Shown here one piece after another: positions 41,560 through 53,950 of a DNA stretch of 64,000 bases (the first letter of the stretch is position 1; each line of letters opens with the position of its first letter). A model generated the notes under the pieces. The model did not search any database and was not told the DNA's origin. It saw only the letters and a list, made by a program, of their open reading frames with translations. This DNA comes from the human T2T-CHM13v2.0 reference genome, Homo sapiens: NCBI RefSeq assembly GCF_009914755.1, contig NC_060929.1. One strand, 5' to 3'. A program made the translations under genes and the position numbers.

Positions 41560-41945
41560 TTGTTGGAGTTTCCCAAGATGAATCTCAGAAGATTCATGTG
41601 AGATTTAACACCATTAACACCTGTGAAAGGAGAAGGGTGAGGAAGCCCAATTAGTTGGGCCAGGGAAGCCATTAGACAGCCACGTAGACCAGACAGTGTC
41701 TCTGCCAGCCCAGCCAGAATGCACATTAGACAAGTCCCATGTTGTGGGGAAGTGGCCAGTCCGTCATACCAGTCTTGCTCAATCCTGGGCTGTGGGCCAC
41801 TCTGAGAAGACTGTGCCTTTGGCTTAAAAGCTGAAGCAGACCCAGATGAAGCCGACAGCTGGAGGCTGCCAACTAACCCACACTCCTCACAGATGGACAT
41901 TGAATGCTTTCTTGAAGGAGAATCTGGTCAGGATATCTCCATTTG
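41560..41945. mobile_element. ERVL LTR16-like relic
   Basis: GC-richer block with aacacctgtgaaaggag and agctggaggctgccaactaacc motifs. Confidence 0.5.
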
Positions 41946-42160
41946 TAAAAGTCCTCTAGCAACTCTGTTGATACTCCTATAATCAAAGTATTTTGTGTAC
42001 TTTTAGTCATCAATCTTAAGTAAACTTTTTAATTAGTTACAGTCTAGTGTAATCATCATTTGGATTTTCTTCAATTATTTTATCCCTTCAACCCCGGCAT
42101 ATATACAACTATTCTCTTTCCTCCATTTGTTCTTTAACTCCTCTTTCCCTCACTTGCCAG

Positions 42161-42522
42161 AGGTAGCTTCTAACTCTTCCAGTTTAGACCCAAAGAAGAG
42201 AGGCATTAGTGAAAGAAGAGATACTGTTGGGGTCCCCTGATCCATAGATGTGCAATTACTGATTCTCATGAAACTGTCTTGTGATAAATGAATATCATTG
42301 AATTATAAAAATATTGGATGATATTGATGTGTTTTATTAATAACAGTAACTCCCACTGATTTGGAAGACACTCCCAGGAACTGTATTTACAAACTCTATG
42401 TATTTTTAACCATTACACCAATTTTTATGTACAAGAAACAAACCCCACTGATAAATGGAGATGCTGGAGTCTGGAGAGCTGAAGATCCCAGAGTTTTTGT
42501 GCCTAGGCTGCCCAAACATGGG
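42161..42522 (+). pseudogene. Candidate large exon, phase 1-0, four TGA stops
   Basis: Acceptor ctctttccctcacttgccAG. One frame is continuous with ORF 42361 (...TPTDLEDTPRNCIYKLY...GVWRAEDPRVFVPRLPKHG). The donor GGG|GTAGAC is weak. Confidence 0.45.
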
Positions 42523-43317
42523 GTAGACTTTTTAAATGATTTCCACATTATGTACTTTATATTTGCTTTAAAAAAAACTTTTGGCTTAATAAAATTTTTG
42601 AGTTTGATTATATTTACCAATTACTGGTCTTTCTATTAGTACAAATCAAGAGAGTAAATAAAAGTAACTATCTCAGAACAAATTAAAGAAATCCAATTTG
42701 CAATTCTCTGGATGTTTGGAAGGTAGTTTTAAATTGGAAAATCTATTTTTGTTTTAGGGATTTATATTTTAAAATGCAAGTTGCAAAAGAGTGAATTTTG
42801 TAGGAAAGGGAGGATCTGCGAATAACATCTTCTTAAACTAAATCTTGCTTTTAACTATTGCTTAAGTTTTTTACACAATAACGTTCCCCAGATGTTTGTT
42901 TGCAAGTTGTTTTGGTGTTTATCATATGAAATAGGACAAATATTAATTGTGTCTCTTTCTAATTTTTCTTATGTAAGAATAATACAGCAGTTAAGTTTTT
43001 TTTTCTTTTTCAAATAACATACTTGAAATGGAAGCAAATTTCACTTCATTTTACAATTAATATTCTAATAGGCTTTTAGCTATTAATCTTGGATGATTCT
43101 CCTATGAAAGACTCTATCATTATAAACTTCCTAAGTTATTCAGAATTCATCTTTTCCATATTTATGAGAGGTACAACTTCACATTTTTAAAAAGAATGGT
43201 TCATTTCCTCAAATAGAAATCTTAGCGCTGCCAATTTTAGCAACATTTTATTATGAGCAGTTGTCACCATTCTCATCGTTGACATTTAATTGGTTTCCTT
43301 TCAAAACCAGGAAAAGA

Positions 43318-44200
43318 TCCATTCAACAGATATTTATGGTACAGGCCCAGCTCTAAGGGCTGTAGATAAAATGGTGAACAAAACAGTCAAAATCCTTCAC
43401 TTCATAGAAGTTAGACTCTAAAGAGGTGAGATAAACAATTAAAAGTAAGCAATCAAAAAAAATTTAACATACCTCATGGTGATATGTGCTCTGTTGAAAA
43501 AATAAAGCAGGATGTCAAGACAGGGAGCACTGATGTGATGGGAGAAGACAGTGTTTTGCAATTTTAAATCAGGAAGTTGTCACTGAGAAAATGACACTTG
43601 AATAAAAACCCAGTGGAGGTCAGAAAATGAGGCAGAAAAATATCTAGGGGATGAACATCCCAGGCAGGCAGAATAGCAAGTGCAAAGGTTTTGAGGCAGG
43701 AGCTTGCTTGAAATATTAAAGAAGGAACAGGGAGATCAATATGGCTAGTACAGAGTGGACAGAGAAGGGAACAGAGAAGAAGATAAGGATAGAGAACTAA
43801 CAGGGGAAACAGCAAGTAAGTTCTTTTAAGTGATTTGAGGAACTAGGATGTCTGTGCTGGTGAGATGGGAATGCATAGAAGTATTTTGATCAGATGAGTC
43901 ACAATGGTCTGACTTCCATTTCAACATACATTAGGAATATACTAAAACAAGGCAAGGGAAGAAGCAGAAAGATGAGGTAGGAGGTTGTTGTTATAATACA
44001 AATGAGAGATGGTGGTAACTTGGGCCAGGATAATTACAGGAGAGGTGGGAGAAGGGGCAGTTTTGTGGGTATATTTTTAATTTAGAACCCATGGGATTTC
44101 CTGATGGATTAGCAGTAGAAATGCAAAAAAAGAGAGGAATCCAGCCTGCCTTCAAGATTTCTGGTATAAACAGCCAAAAACATGGAGTTGCCACAAAATA
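43318..44200 (-). mobile_element. L2 fragment
   Basis: cattcaacagatattta terminus and aatagcaagtgcaaaggttttgaggcagga motif. Confidence 0.75.
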
Positions 44201-44712
44201 TGAGTATCTGCAGTCCAAACAAAATCACATATGCATTTGGTATTTATTTGTCAGTAATACAAGGTATTGCAGAGAAAAACAAACTAAATTGGCTACAGTT
44301 AAAGTAAAGCAACATGAAGCCTATAAATGCCCCCAGGCTGTACATAGCACTGATAGAGTAAGTAGAAATGAGTGATATGACACACATGCCTCAAGATACG
44401 GGAAGCAGAAATGAGCCAACCTCTGTTAGCAGTAGGTAAAAATTACCATGTGAAGGGTGTAATCATTTCTGTTCATGAGAAATCTGATATATCAGATCTT
44501 CAGTCACTTTGAAAATGAAAGCTTCTAAGCTAATTTCTTTCCTTTTTCAAATTCAAATGACAAGATCGGTGCAGGTAAGTCCTATGACAATGAAATTTAG
44601 AATAAGATATGCAGTTGATCAGGATACTGGCATTCCCAGGGTAATTCTAGGGCACATTCCCAAGTCTGGTCATTCATTTGGTTGTTTTTTTTTTTTTTTT
44701 TTTTTTTTTTAG

Positions 44713-44934
44713 TGTTGCTTTAGAAAGTAGTTCATGAGCATCAATGTGTGAGGTATGATCATCAAACTCCTGTATTAAAAAGATGTACATTCTAAAAATG
44801 TGGCAAGGCCCTTTGTTCAATCCTGGGCAACTAAGAGAAGAGCTTTGGTTCCGGATGCACTGACTGTCTCAAAAAAATATGGGAAGATAGATTTAGCATC
44901 TCAGTGTTGCTGAGCACTCTAGTGTAACATGACA
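44713..44934 (+). pseudogene. Candidate exon, phase 0-0
   Basis: Long T tract plus AG (44711-44712), donor ACA|GTAATT. 222 nt, including KNVARPFVQSWATKRRALVPDALTVSKKYGKIDLASQCC, with 5 stops. Confidence 0.4.
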
Positions 44935-46726
44935 GTAATTCTTGATCATTTTCTTACACTGTCTTTCCTGGACATGATAAAGAATTAGTTAAGTAATGCC
45001 CATTCTTGAGGGAATATATTGAACAAAAAGGGTAGCAAAAGCTCTTGCATATACTTTATTGTGTCTTCTGTATCTTCTCACTTTGTTTGACAAGATTATG
45101 ATTTGCATGCATTCTTAAATTACTTATATATTTTCCTAGTATATCTCTTCCATAACTGTGCTAGCATATCGTAGCTAATCTAGAGCACCAAATTTAAGTA
45201 TCTAAAATGCACAAAGATTGCTTTTGAAATGTGTACTAATTTCAATGACATTGGGCTTGGATGCTGTAAATGCTCTCCCTTTTAAACATAAAATGGATTT
45301 GTTCATTGCTTAAATATCATGTCCCCTGTTAAACTGCAAAGGTTGCTGGAAAAGTGGAAAAACAATAGAAGCAGGCTATTGAGAAAAGACCTCAGACCTT
45401 GGAGCCCTACAGATCTGGGCTCCAATCCTAGTCCTGCCAGGCTCCAGCTGTGAGTCCTTCCTTCGGCTCCCTAAGCCTCAGTTTCTTCATGTGTGGAAAG
45501 GTTTTTGTTTTAACATGGATTAGTAAACAAATAACTGAGTAAATGTGGTTTTACTTTGTCCCCATTTTGAAACCAGCTCTGTGTGTGTGGCTGTGGGTGG
45601 GTGTTTGTGTTATGTGTATTGAGGATCCTAAATGTTAAAGATAGAAGAATAACTCCACAACTCCTTGTCAGTGAAACTGGTAAAGAGCCATAGTCCAAAC
45701 CACAGATGATAAATTCCATGCTAAGTAGACTGAAATCTGGATCAGCTTGAGGAAAGATACTAAAAGAAGAAACAGATCTCCTAACTCATGTGGCATGTAG
45801 ATCCTCCAAGAACATATGGTATCCTGAATGGCCCAAAGATGCTTATTGGAAGTAGGATGTATAGGGATGGTAGCTGTCATAAAAGAACGAAACATGCATA
45901 GCAAGAGAGACTTCCTTTTACTCAGTGGGATAGCAAGGAGGCAAATTGAAAGAGGCACCTTTGAGACAGGCCATACTTAATTTCTGGAACCCACCTCTTG
46001 ACCTAGAAAAAATTAGCCCAGAAATTAGACAGAAGGAGCATGGTGAGTTTCACCACCAATGCAGCTGAGGCCCTTGATGGGCAAGTGATACATCTTAGAA
46101 AGCAGGATGAGGGACACCCTTCCCACCCTCAGCCCCCTCTTGCCAAGGAAGGTACAGGAAGACAAATCATGATGTGCCCACAGGGCAGAGGCTGTTAGAG
46201 TTGGCGAAATAAAAAGAAAATGAGCAGTTGGAAAAATTATTTATAAAACATAAACCAGCAAAATTCTCCATTTCTTATAAGTATTTTAAAAAGCTTTTAA
46301 ATCAGTAAGAAAAATGAGTGGGGAACCAAGGTAGTTTGAACATACTATGGCCTGACTGTTCCACTTCTATGATATATATTATATAAATAAAGTCTTAATC
46401 ATGCCTACTTGTCAGGAATGAGATGGAGAGGTGACTTTTCCTTTTACCCCATAATTTACTATGTTTTTAGAATTTTTAAAATTAACAATGTAATTTATTT
46501 TCTTTTATTATTTAATTTTTTAAAATGAAAGGAAAGGGCAATATTCCTCAAAGTGCCTAGTACAGGGCAGCAGCTAATATCCTAGAGCTCAACCACTTGT
46601 GTAGTTAGGTTGTTCAAATTCTGCTTTCACTTAAAAGCAGCCATTTGATCACATATAGAGACAAGAATGCAGATTTTTTTGAAGTCTAAAAATCATTAGT
46701 ACTGGTAATGAGATATTTATTTTTAG

Positions 46727-46794
46727 AATCACTTATCCTCTTGACCCTTAATTTGTGGTGCTGTTTGACCATTAAAAAATTGTGTGAGAGGATG
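46727..46794 (+). pseudogene. Candidate exon, phase 1-0, open
   Basis: Acceptor atttatttttAG, consensus donor ATG|GTAAGT. Reads SLILLTLNLWCCLTIKKLCERM. Confidence 0.45.
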
Positions 46795-47515
46795 GTAAGT
46801 GAGATAAATATTATTAACCTGAACTTGATCTTTCATTAGCCCCTGTGGTATGCAGTGCTACTGAAGTCAAAAGATACCTGTATTAGCAGGTTAATTTCTG
46901 CCACAGAGGGAGTTGCTGAAATTTACATTTGCTTTGTATTTAACTGACTGTAGGGAGTGACTTTAAATACCTCTGGCTAGGAAAAGGGCAGAATATTAAT
47001 ATTGGGTAATTATCCTTTCCTTTATGTTCCCAGAACTTTTGTTCCTGAAAAAGATTGAGGGACAGTGAAAAAGGTACCTCTTTATGTTTCTCTATTTGAA
47101 AAGTTATAAGGCAGCATTGCTCTATTACATTCTAGGAATAACACAACTAATTCTTATTAAGCTCGAAAATAGACTTCTTAAAGTACAGAATGACCGTGTT
47201 ATTTATTGTTGGTTGTAGTTATGACTTTTTAAATAGAGGCTTGATAAACTTTCTCTTACATGTGATCCATGTGATCATCAGTTTGTATTTAACCAAAAAG
47301 AGCAGGTAATGTAGAGATTTTGCATGTGTAGATTCCTACCCTGCACACAAGGATTGGGAAGAAAGGAAGCACATTCAAGCCTTAAAGATGCTATGAGGTA
47401 GGAAATTCTTTTGAAGGGAATTTCCACTTTCCTCTCCATAGTGTATTGTTTGTCTATTTCAGTCTTTTATTACTTTGCCAAATAATTAGTTTTCTCTGCT
47501 TTACATGTGCAACAG

Positions 47516-47601
47516 AAGACAATTAACTTCCTCCATGCTGGGTAGGGAATGGTTTATCTGCACTGCACTACAAAATATGTGTATTTTTATTGTTATTAAG
47601 G
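47516..47601 (+). pseudogene. Candidate exon, phase 0-2
   Basis: Acceptor ttttctctgctttacatgtgcaacAG, donor AGG|GTGAGT. Reads KTINFLHAG*GMVYLHCTTKYVYFYCY*. Confidence 0.45.
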
Positions 47602-48030
47602 GTGAGTGCCTGGTTTATAACAGAATTATAAATAAAGCCATCAGGAAGGAAGAATCCATCATAATTACTAGATTATCTTTACTGGCCAATCTTTTAACCT
47701 CTTCCACATATTATATTTACATTTCCTTGCAATTATTAGAAGAAAAGAAACAGAAGCACCACTGAAAGAAATGCTGAAATTCATACGAATATTTCTATAT
47801 CGTAACAGTTCCTCAAAAATTATTAGAGAAGAAAGAAAATAAAAAATTAATAGATTAGGGTTATAATATTTTCAAGACATTTTTCTTATTTTACTTTACC
47901 TCCAATTAAAGCTTCACACAGAACAGGGAGTTCATTGTGTGGCAGATTCCCTTTGTAGGACTTTAGAGTCATTTAGAGTATCTACTAGAGATTCCAGGAA
48001 CAGGATAATTTGGATTAAAAATAGATGACA

Positions 48031-48322
48031 TCCCAGAGCTTTGGGAGACCAAGGCACGAGGATTGCTTGAATCCAGGATTTTAAGACCAGCCTGGACAAA
48101 ATAGGGAGAACCTGTCTCTACAAAAAATAAGAATAAAAATGTAACCAGGCATGATGGTGAGTGCCTGTAGTCCTAGCGACTTGGGTGGCTGAGGTGGGAT
48201 GATCTCTTGAGCCAGGAGTCCAAGGTTACAGTGAACTATGATCATGCCACTGCACTCTAGCCTGGGTGACAGAGCAATAGCAAGACCCTGTATCTAAAAA
48301 CAAAAACAAAACAACAAAACCA
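48031..48322 (+). mobile_element. Alu (J-like)
   Basis: Sense dimer with a caaaa-type tail. Confidence 0.9.
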
Positions 48323-48362
48323 AGATGATAGATTAATGTGGAATTTTCCCAGTTTGTATAAA

Positions 48363-48575
48363 CTTTTGTTGTTGTTTTGAGACAGGGAGTGCAGTGGCAC
48401 AATAACGGCTCAGATTCTCCTCAGGTAGCTGGCACTACATGCCAGGCTAATTTTTTGTAGAGACTGGGTTTCACTATATTGTTGAGGCTGGTCTCAAACT
48501 CCTAGGCTCAAGTGATCCATGTGCCTCAGCCTCCCAAGGTGGTAAGATTACAAGTGTGAGCCACTGCATCCCACC
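48363..48575 (-). mobile_element. Internally deleted Alu (J-like)
   Basis: Antisense pieces tttgagacagg...ggctggtctcaaactcctaggctcaagtgatcc. Confidence 0.85.
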
Positions 48576-48584
48576 AACATTTTT

Positions 48585-48678
48585 TCCCCTAAATAGCAGT
48601 TGTGGCAAATGGCTTTTCCCTGTGAAAACTTCCCCCTAAATAGCAGTTGTGGCAAAGGGCTTTTCCCTGTGAAAACTT
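48585..48678. repeat. 47-bp tandem duplication
   Basis: cccctaaatagcagttgtggcaaa(t/g)ggcttttccctgtgaaaactt occurs twice. Confidence 0.95.
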
Positions 48679-48718
48679 TTCTGATCCTCTTATTTCTTTA
48701 TAGTATTTGATTTTCCAG

Positions 48719-48793
48719 GGTTTCCTTTCAAGAGATTCTGGACGTGTGTCTAAGTTGCTTAAATTTTGACACTGACATTGTCGCTTTAGGGAG
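48719..48793 (+). pseudogene. Candidate exon, phase 2-2, open
   Basis: Acceptor tttgattttccAG, donor GAG|GTAAAG. 75 nt, reading VSFQEILDVCLSCLNFDTDIVALG. Confidence 0.55.
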
Positions 48794-49807
48794 GTAAAGT
48801 AAAAAACTAAGGTAAAATTAATTTATTCCATGGGGAACGTGAAGGGTGTGACTGTAAACATTTTGAACTTTCGTCTAGGGTTTGTCTCCATCGACCACAG
48901 TATTACTATTGCTAAGCATCCAGGTACTTGGGTGCCCATGTGCAAGAGCTCTAGTGAGGTCTTTGAGTGTCTCTCCATTAAATCTGAAATAAAACTGATT
49001 TCAAAATAAATTCCATTTTCAGCCACTAATCAGTGACCATTTTCCTGGAAACACCAAGTAACTATCTTGTATTTAGAGTACACCACGTGAAGACAAATCA
49101 CAGGGAATGCTGTCTTTGTCCAGCCGTGAGCTTCCAGAGTACCAATTTCATCAGGCTTGCAGAATACCAGTTTCAATTCTGAGTGACAAGGTGTCCATTC
49201 TAAAGTTTGCTCCCCGAAATTGTTCATACATGTAATAATATGTATTTGAGACAGTAAAAATGGTTAAACTGTCAAAACTGTCTTTCTTTGTCCATATTTA
49301 ATTTTGAGGAGATGGCAAAGGCTCAGCACAGCCAAGAATTTACTCACTTAATGGCCTATGATAAATCCTTTCTGGCTTTAATGCTTTCAATATTATGTCA
49401 TGTACAGCTGTAAATAATAACTTGCAACTATAGTCGTGGAAATCAGAAAGGTAAACAATTTGAAACTTCATGGGCACTCAAAATGAGCAAATTGTTAGGT
49501 TTCAGAGAAACTGATTCTTATGTCAAACACCTAAATGAACAGTTTGCAGCCTATCTATATTGACAGCATTTCTTGAGGAAAAAGGAAAAGCTGTTTTTTC
49601 AAGGCTCTTCCTAAACTCTTTCAGTGTCTATTCTATACTGATCCCTTTGTGAGGCCCCTATATGGTTCAATACAAAAAGTGGTCTACTTAATTTTCAGAA
49701 GAGAAAATACTGTTTAGTAAGCTCAAGCAGCAAAATTGCTTGGCTGTTTATTTAACAGAGGCAAATTAGTATTGATGAACAGATTTGATGAATAACAAGG
49801 ATCCTAC

Positions 49808-50210
49808 TTGTCCCAGCTGTTGGAGTGCAGCTCAGATCTGCACTTGTGCTGTCGATGCCCTTTAGCAAGCTGCTCTAAGTGTTGGCTGCTAACAGCTTGG
49901 AGCTCTTTCTCTGGAATATTGCCCTTGGTCCAACAGGAATTGTCTTACCCCCCAAAAAAGTTACATGCCCCTTACCCACCCAATGACTGACTGATAATGG
50001 GATGTGGAAGATGGTCTCTTTGTCCCAAAGTGGAATAAACTCTGCTGTGCAATTGGCATCCATTTCTCCCCAAGCAATCAGGCTGAAGCTAGACACCAGC
50101 TGAGACCACATTCTCCTGCAATGGTTTCCTGACACTCTGTTCCAAGAGAGTGCTAACTCAGTAAGACATGTGCACCTGAAGCTGCCTCTAGGCACTCCAG
50201 CCCAAAACAA
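49808..50210. mobile_element. ERVL LTR (LTR16/LTR33-like) relic
   Basis: caggctgaagctagacaccagctgagaccaca motif with tg...ca ends. Confidence 0.5.
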
Positions 50211-50755
50211 ATGTGAATGCTGCATTTCTACAATACTATTTTTACCCTATTACATTAGTAATATCAAATGTAAGAGGCATCAAGACACCAAAAGTGACCA
50301 GGAAGCCACACGTTACTTAGGTTACTTAGCACTAGTCAACATATAAACTGAGAAAACGATAAAAGCAATGGTTGTTTTCTCTAAAAGGGTATCCCAATTG
50401 TGTAAAGATAATATTTAGTGAAAGAGAAAGAGAGAAATAAGCAAAGAGAGAGAGTGACTATAAAATACTATAAAATGTTCAGGTCATTAAATTTTCCTTT
50501 TTTGATCATTTAAAAATATTGCTTAATTTTGAAACTTATGAGGCTACATTTTAACAGATATAAACAATGTAATAATGAGGATTAAATGCATAGTGATCAC
50601 ATTTGAAATGTTTAAAAATGTGAAAGTTTCTCTTAATACATATTTTAGTGATGTCTATGTCTTTATAAATTAGGAAACAGAGAGAAAGGGTAACAATGGT
50701 TGAAGTAATAAAAGCTTTCTACATAATTTTAAGGAAGTTTGGAATTTAAAAATCA

Positions 50756-51037
50756 GCCTGGTACAGTGGCTCACACCTGTAATCCCAGCATTTTGGGGGA
50801 GGTAGGAGGATCACTTGAGTGCAGGGGTTCAAGACCAGCCTGGGCAACATATTAAGACCTCATCTCTACAAAATCTGAAGAAAATTAGCTGGACATGGTG
50901 GCACATGCCTGTAGTCCCAGCTACTTGGGAGGCTGAGTTGGGAGGATCCCTTTAGCCCAGGAGTTCAAGGCTGCAGTGAGCTAAGATTATGCCACGGTAC
51001 TCCAGCCTTGGGGGCAGAGTGAGACCCTGTCTCCAAA
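50756..51037 (+). mobile_element. Alu (J-like)
   Basis: Sense dimer with ggaggatcacttgag and cccaggagttcaaggctgcagtgagc. Confidence 0.9.
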
Positions 51038-51599
51038 TTTTTTTTTAAATCTCCTCTGTTACAGGATATCATTGCTACCTTCTAGCTTTTAATTTGCATA
51101 TAAATTTATTATAGCATAGCAGCTCACTAATATGCATTTTCCCCCAAACAGTAATTATTCAGGCAAATCTTTAATTAGATCAAGGCAAAATAAATATTCA
51201 TACATTCTAATTTTGAATTGTTGGAACCTTCTATTATAATTTTAAAATGATAAGTTCCCATTACAATATCAATTCCTTTGTCTATTGGTTTTAAAAAGAC
51301 AAGCACATCATTTTATTTGATAGCAACCTGCACATATGAAACTATTTCAGTATTTGTTTTTTGTTAAAGTATAGAGCATTTATATTCTCAGTTTGTTAAA
51401 GGTACTCTATAAGATTTTTTTATTTTTTAACCATGGTGCATTAGAGATAAAATCAATTACTTTCTTAACATGTATAGAAATACATAACAATTACAGTTAG
51501 CAGGACAGTTATTACCTACCAAAGTGGTACATTATTCTTTTTAGTTTCTCACTCTTCATATAGGAAATAAACATTAATTCAGTGTTTTGTTTCCAACAG

Positions 51600-51630
51600 T
51601 ACCCTAGAGCAGTTTCTGCTTGTTATCCTG
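51600..51630 (+). pseudogene. Candidate small exon, phase 2-0, open
   Basis: Acceptor tgttttgtttccaacAG, donor CTG|GTACGT. Reads (S)TLEQFLLVIL, in frame with exon 48719. Confidence 0.55.
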
Positions 51631-52749
51631 GTACGTATTACCTAACCCTCATTAGTATAAACACAAAGATGTATTTGCAAAAGTAGTTTTATTTTCGAGT
51701 TCTTCAGTAGGGTCATGATAATAACTCACAGAATTCTACCACAAGAACTGGGATAGCAAAGTTGGGTCATAGGCAGTTAAGTAATTGGCCTCAGATAGTT
51801 ATCCTAAAGCTGGAAATTTTTGCAAAGTTATTGTTGGTCCAAAGAAAAAGCTGAAACATTATCCTTAATTGTGATATAAATGTTAAACTCCATGTTAACA
51901 AGGAGCCCTTTGCCTTAAGACTGCCTCTACAAACTAGGTCAGAACACAAAAATCCCCCAAGTTAGAGATTACTTTTGTTGTTTTGTTGTTTGTTTGTTTT
52001 TTTTACTGTGCTAAATTGAAATTTATTGTCAAATACATAATTTTTAATAGATATTTTATCTTTTCATTTAAAATTAATAAATAGATATTTAATAAATATA
52101 TATTGTTAAAGAGAAGTCACTTATTTGTCTAGACTATAATTTATAATATCAGGGGGATGATTCATCAGATATTTCCCTGAGAATAGATTTCAATTAAGGA
52201 ATTAGAGATTGAGAAGGAGAGATTTGCATGAATTTGGATGTCTGGAGAGGGGAGAACTTAGAAAGTGGAGGTTACTTCAGATATTTGCCCTGTTTCACAG
52301 TCTTGTCCACGTGGGTCTGTTTGCATTCTGTTTTGGTGGACAGGAATAATGCAGCAGCATCTCTAAGCAGAGTGTTAGAACATTAGCCGTCCACAATCCT
52401 AAATGTAGGACATTGACGATACAATTATCCTTTGCAGTACTGTTGCCTTCTAGTATGGAACTAAGTCACATATAATGCTGGTTAGTCATTTATTATATTT
52501 GATGTCATGTAGCAGAATTAGTTTAAGAAATCATTGGAAAAACACCTGACGTGTGCATATGTTTTATAGTGTTTAAGGTTGTTCTAAAGATAATAGACAA
52601 AGACCAGTCTTTAACTTCATTGGAGAAAAAGGTTGACTTTTGGATTTAATTACAATTTAGTTCTAGATTCCAGATCAGATTTTTTTTATGTTGAAAAACA
52701 CCATTTCACCATGCAAGGCCTCTATTGTCAGCTTTGTACTTCCATAGAT

Positions 52750-53450
52750 TTGGCCATGCTGAGGTTAAAATGCATGTTAGACATCAATATGGAGATATCA
52801 GGCACACAGCCGAATGGAGTCTGAAGCTCAGAGAGAGATCAGAGTTGGAAATACATATGCTGAAATATGTAAATCTTCAGCAAATATAAAAGGCATTTAA
52901 AGGCCCAGGGTGAGATAAGTTTACTTGAAGAAGAAGGAATCTACTGAAAAATTTGAACAATTCAAGAATGATTATCTAGGAACTTCATTATTTGGAGGTC
53001 AAGTAGAGGAGAAAGAAGGAGTCACTAAGAAAGTAATATAAAAACCACTGGAGCATATTATCATGGAGACCAAGAGAGCGGAGTGTTTCAAGAAGGGGAG
53101 AGGAGGTCAGCTGCATCATCTGTGGCTAAAATATGATGGTAGAAGCATCATCATTGATTTTGATAACATGGGGTTTTGTAGGTGAATTTGGTGAGACTTT
53201 TCAGAAGTGTGGCAGATACACATCAGATTGGTGAGTACTGAAGCATGAGTGGTAGGAGAAACAGAGGAAAGCAGATGAAGTCAGTTTGGCTTTGAAACAG
53301 AAGAAAATAGTTGCTGGAGAGAATATGAAGTCAAAGAAATAAGTGACTCTAAAAGGGATGGTGGTGGGTAGCAGAAAAGTGGATTGGTCAGTGAAAGTCA
53401 TTATGAAGTAGTAGAATTTTTAAATGTATTTGAGTCAATGAAAAGGATAG
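52750..53450 (-). mobile_element. L2 fragment
   Basis: gagtctgaagctcagagagagatc and gagaccaagagagcggagtgtttcaagaagg motifs. Boundaries are approximate. Confidence 0.6.
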
Positions 53451-53772
53451 AGGAATATAGTCAGAGTGAGATATGTATTATAAAGAAGATGAAGGAGGCG
53501 GGATATTTTTCTAAGTGAATGTTAGGACTAGGGTATCATTATGGGAGTGGGAAGCTGTCAAGTAACGTAAGAAAAGCTTACTGGAGGCGACAAAGTCAAG
53601 GAATCAGATGTCGGCATATTGGGTGGGTCATTCCCCGGATGCTGATGTAACACAGAAGGATGACAGAGAAGATACTTCAATAGATCTTCAAGGATCTTCA
53701 ATGAATGACCCAAGTTTTATAAATGACACTAGAGGAAAAAATGGCGGCTAGCATACTTGGATGGCATAAGTA

Positions 53773-53950
53773 GTTTTTTGTTTTTGTTTTGTTTTGTTTT
53801 GCTTTGAGACAGGGTCTCACTCTGTTGCCCATGCTGGAGTGCAGTGGCACGAACATGGCTTAAGTAGCAGCCTGGCCTCCTGTGCTCAAGAAATCCTCCC
53901 ACCTCAGCCTCCCAAGTAGCTGAGAGTACAGACACACACCACCATGCCTG
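53773..53950 (-). mobile_element. Alu monomer (FRAM/J-like)
   Basis: (ttttg)n tail plus an antisense right arm. Confidence 0.85.
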
